A stretch of 64,000 nt of DNA, from positions 1,912,946 through 1,976,945 of the forward strand of contig CAJFCJ010000006.1 of the NCBI GenBank assembly GCA_904063045.1, read 5' to 3'. The number at the start of each line of letters is the position of its first letter. Positions within the stretch are counted from its first letter, which is position 1. This DNA comes from Dimorphilus gyrociliatus (taxonomy: Eukaryota > Animalia > Annelida). Position numbers and translations under genes: made by a program. This document shows, piece after piece, positions 60,025 through 64,000 of the stretch. The notes beneath the pieces were generated by a model. It saw nothing but the letters and a program-made list of their open reading frames with translations, was not told the origin of the DNA and ran no database searches.

Positions 60025-61141
60025 TCACAGATCAGCTTCAGTTGTAGGCGAAGCTACAATAGGAGCCTTATCTAAACGACGAAATTCCATTGTTGGATCA
60101 GCATTGGATTGTCTCCGCGCAGAAAACATCCTGTCCGATACGCAATGAAAAGCGGAGATGAAAGACTCCTTGAATTGATCGTTTGTAAAGCCATATAAAA
60201 CGGGATTAATCATCGAATTGGCGTAGGCTAGTACGTTCGAAACCTTAAAGGCTACAATAGCTGACCTAGTTGGCTTTTGTTTAAGTGCATGAGCGAAGGA
60301 AAAGTAAAGCTGAAATGACCAGTAAGGCAGCCAACAGATAATGAAGACAGCAATAATTATCGTTACTAATTTTGTTACTTTCTTATGAGATTTTTTCTTC
60401 CTCTCTGATCTTTGCGTTGCTCGTCGGAGTTTACCAACAAGTAGGCAATAAAGGCATATAATACCGATAACTGGTATAATGTACCCGAGGACCACTGAAT
60501 AAAGCATATAAGCTGTAACACCAGGAATTGAACCTACCGAAAGAGAATAAAATTACTATAACGATTAATTAAATAAATATATAATTACCAAATATTGGAG
60601 CATCTACTCCACAACTGGTTTTATAGGTGCAGTTCGACACTTTCCTATTGACCTTGACATAAATAATTATGGGAGCAAGAGCTCCGATCGAACCTATCCA
60701 AATTATGGTCAAGGCTAAATAAGCTCGACTTAAGGTTCTCCAACCCATTGACTTTATTGGATAGCAGACGGCCAAGAATCTGTCGCCAGCCATTACCAGT
60801 AATGTGAATGCTCCAGTAAATTGGTTCACGCACTGAGAGAAGTAATATAAATAGCAAACAATATCCCCGAATATCCATTGGTTTTTAACGAACATGCAAA
60901 TAATAAAAGGCATTCCACAAAGAAATATCAGATCAGCTACACTCAAGTTGAAGATATAAATGTTTGTCACCGTCTTCATTTTGGAGTAGCGGAGTATAAC
61001 ATACAGAACGAGAGCATTTCCAACACTTCCCACAGAGAAGATGAGAGTGTAAAATACTATATTCAATACATCGTCCCCTGTTAAATCCGATTTTGCAGAG
61101 GGACGTAATTCAGTGCAGTTCATTGGAGTCGAGTTTGTCAT
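60025..61141 (-). CDS. AstC-R: Allatostatin-C / somatostatin receptor-like class A GPCR, ~353 aa, 2 exons
   Basis: Exons 61141-60589 and 60533-60025. Motifs GNALVLYVILRYSKMKTVTNIYIFNL, NQFT, DRFLAVCYP, FIICWLPY and AYANSMINPVLYGF are typical of the SSTR/AstC-R family. Confidence 0.88.
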
Positions 61142-62536
61142 TTTAGACGTTTCTGTAAGTAACGGAAATCTACAGTATTGTTCTATAGTATATTTATATT
61201 TTTGGAAATTAGAAAAGTGCCTAATTTTCAAACGGCGCGGCTTATATCATCAAACGTGAGCTAATTAGACTAATAAGTTCATTGCGCTTGCGCAGTATGG
61301 GTTTCTTACTGTATCAGAGCATAAATAATAAACAATAACAGTACAGTAATAATATTAATTGAAAAATTATTAGAGACGCAGAAGAAGATGATAAAGTGAT
61401 GATAATAAAGAAAAAAGAAATGAATAAAAGAAAAGAACAGTAAACAAAGAGACGGAGTCGAAACTATTCATAAAATGTCTTTCTAGTAAAAAAGTATTAT
61501 ATTAGACATAAAGATAAATATGATTTTGTGCTACACGTCTCCAGCATATATTTAGTGCCACCTCCGCAAAGTCGGATGTCAATTATTTTTAGAGCCAAAA
61601 AAATTGGACAAAAAACCCTCCAATACCCTGGCTTTATGAAAAGGTCAAAGGATCAGATCATGTAAATTTCTCTTCAGACTAAAAGAAAACCATCCACTAG
61701 CTTAAGAAAGAGAAAAATAGTAGGCTATTTAAAATTTTCTCCGATAAACAATTGATAAAAATTTGCCAGCAACAAGATATGAGGCAATAGGTTCATATAG
61801 TTTAATTATTGTAAGTACTTAGTAAGATATTTATTCTTTGTGCCTCAATCAGGTTTACAAATGTATCATGTTTAAGCTTGGTGATAAAAGAGAATGAACT
61901 TACCTGCTTTTAAAACTCGCCTCTAGAAAATAATTTCTCAAATTTTTTTAATTCTATTTCTTTAGGCTCATCCTTACAAATAGACCATGATTATTTTACT
62001 ATAGTCCATCAATTGTAGCTTCCTGCGTAATTTAAATAATAGAAATGAATTGCTTCTTTAAGTATTAAAATCGTAAACGCAAACTCGTTGGCTATCATTT
62101 ACAGAAAATTAAAGCAAGAGCACTTCCTCGTCTAATTGAATGAAAACTATAAACTTGAAAATAAACCGACGAATTGTAACCTTAGAGTAAAAAGTTTTAT
62201 ACGATACGAGTATAATTGTCAATGGCCAAAAGACGTCTTATAGTAAAAAGAAAAAGAAGAAGTAGACAAATTGCAAATGAAAAAGAAAATTAGAAAAGAA
62301 GCTTAAGAAATTGTTAGTATTTTAAGCAATAATATAATAACAATGAATGATTTTTAATAAGGGAAAGAAAATTTTTCTGTGGAAAGTGTAGAGTTAAAAA
62401 TGATGTTAAAGCCTACCACCCAGGATATTCACGGATCACTAAATATACAAAAATATCAAAAATATCGATAAAACTCTATTTGATTTCTCTACGTGAATAT
62501 AATTTATGGAACTCTATACCATCGATACGGATATCA

Positions 62537-62571
<35 letters not shown>

Positions 62572-64000
62572 TTTTATATTCACAGACGTACGAATATTAA
62601 TGAGTCACCTTTTCTATCTTTTTCTATCCTCTATCTTTCTCCCTTAGGATGATTAAAGGTACAACAATGCAGGAATTCAAGTTTATTCTTATTATATATA
62701 TATAAATTCAACAATATTTAAATCGATATTATCTCAGTTTTGATCCTTTTTAACCTGTTTAGTAAATACGAATAGAAGGGAGATGAGCTAAAATAAAGAA
62801 AGTCAAGCTAGCAACAACAACAAAAATTATCTATAAATGTAGAAAACTAACATTTCTTATCTTTAATCCTTTGTGCATATATATATTTATACATAAATAA
62901 TAGATATATATAAAATGTATAGAGATAGTTTGTTCCTCTAACACTAGAGCAGAGTCTATGCCTAAATCGAAACTTTAGAAGAAATCCCAACTCTGTTTGC
63001 CGAATAAATATTACGATGAAACTTGGAGAAAAACAAGACAAAGAGAACGCGAAATAGATGGTGGAGAACTAGAAATTGACTGATTGAATATGCTTTGGAC
63101 AATGACGCAAGTGTTTGGCGGGAGAAATATTTTCCCAAAACAACGTTCACAGACCTATAATAAAACATAAACAGACATAAAAAAAATCTCTAGTAATACT
63201 GCAATATAACATAGAGCAAGAAGAGAGTAAAAAGGAATAGGATATTAGGGTAGAGAGAGCTAGAAAGTGTGGAAGGTCGGAAGAATAAAGTTAGATGGTA
63301 ATTTTTCTATCTTTTTTAAAATGTTATAAATTTTCCATATAAATATCATGGTTTATTCCCATTAATCTTTTTACCTATTTTTAATATGGTAAAGTATTTA
63401 ATCTCATTATACTTTTAGTTATAAAATATATCATTTTAATTTCAATTTCCACCCTCCTTTCTCGCTCTCTCTCTCTTTTTTTTTCTCTCTCTCTCTCTTT
63501 CCTCATTCTTCCTTCCTTGTCTTTCACTGTCTTTGTCTCTGGACTCTTCTAAATATATTATTTCTTAGCTGTTAAATGACTCTTTCGTGATAAATTCAGA
63601 GAACTTACTTTAAAACGGAAAAGTTGGATAATCTTATTCTCATTATACTCCCTTTAATTTTCCTTATTCTCTCTTAGCTTTTTTCAACATTTGCAGTAGA
63701 ATTATATACAGAAAAAAGTAATAACAAAGAGCTTTTCTCTCGTGATATTTATAGAGATTTACAAGTTTTTAGCACTTCATAAATACAGATGATACAAAGA
63801 CGTTACAGTATCTATATAAAAATATACGGATGGCTGTCTTTTTCCTATCAGATAATTAGAATTTACAAAACAATTCTCTAGTTAAGCTTAAATTCTGTTT
63901 TCTTGATAGTTTATAAACAATTATTTAGATTCAATGAAATCGTACATATACGTACCAACAATAATTTTCACCCTTCACCAACGCCTCCTCCTAACTGCGA

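Noticed and set aside
1-64000. CRISPR arrays, tRNA/rRNA genes and intact transposases or reverse transcriptases
   Set aside because: I saw no repeat-spacer periodicity, no tRNA cloverleaf signature and no transposase or RT motifs. Small RNAs could be missed without a covariance-model search.

Overview
Eukaryotic, AT-rich, gene-dense DNA with many short (about 50-100 nt) GT-AG introns. The CLVNIVSCW-type allatostatin-C peptide, the compactness and the abundant CTCF-like motifs suggest a compact annelid/spiralian genome such as Dimorphilus; that assignment is inference and cannot be proven here. I built 15 protein-coding gene models by hand-splicing: (1) 3' part of a DEG/ENaC channel with a ~540-aa insertion at the knuckle position; (2) an F-box/LRR-type protein; (3) an allatostatin-C precursor; (4) TM9SF4; (5) an FABP; (6) API5; (7) B3GALT6; (8) UBE2O; (9) an M13 neprilysin; (10) a divergent ephrin-B-like type I membrane protein; (11) a stand-alone TASOR/TEX15-type DUF3715 pseudo-PARP protein; (12) a PCTAIRE kinase (CDK16/17/18); (13) an acidic orphan ORF behind an RFX X-box; (14) a protein with 10 furin-like repeats plus a Ly6/three-finger domain; (15) an AstC/somatostatin-type GPCR. 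Most interesting: the giant-knuckle channel; the AstC ligand ~50 kb from a candidate cognate receptor; a possible phase 0-0 cassette exon in the AstC intron encoding a KR...GKR amidated 36-mer interrupted by two stops; the minimal DUF3715 gene; and many TA-CAG-TA/TA-CTG-TA motifs inside (TA)n tracts that match Tc1-type excision footprints. I found no intact transposon, tRNA, rRNA or CRISPR array. Family assignments come from remembered motifs, not database searches.
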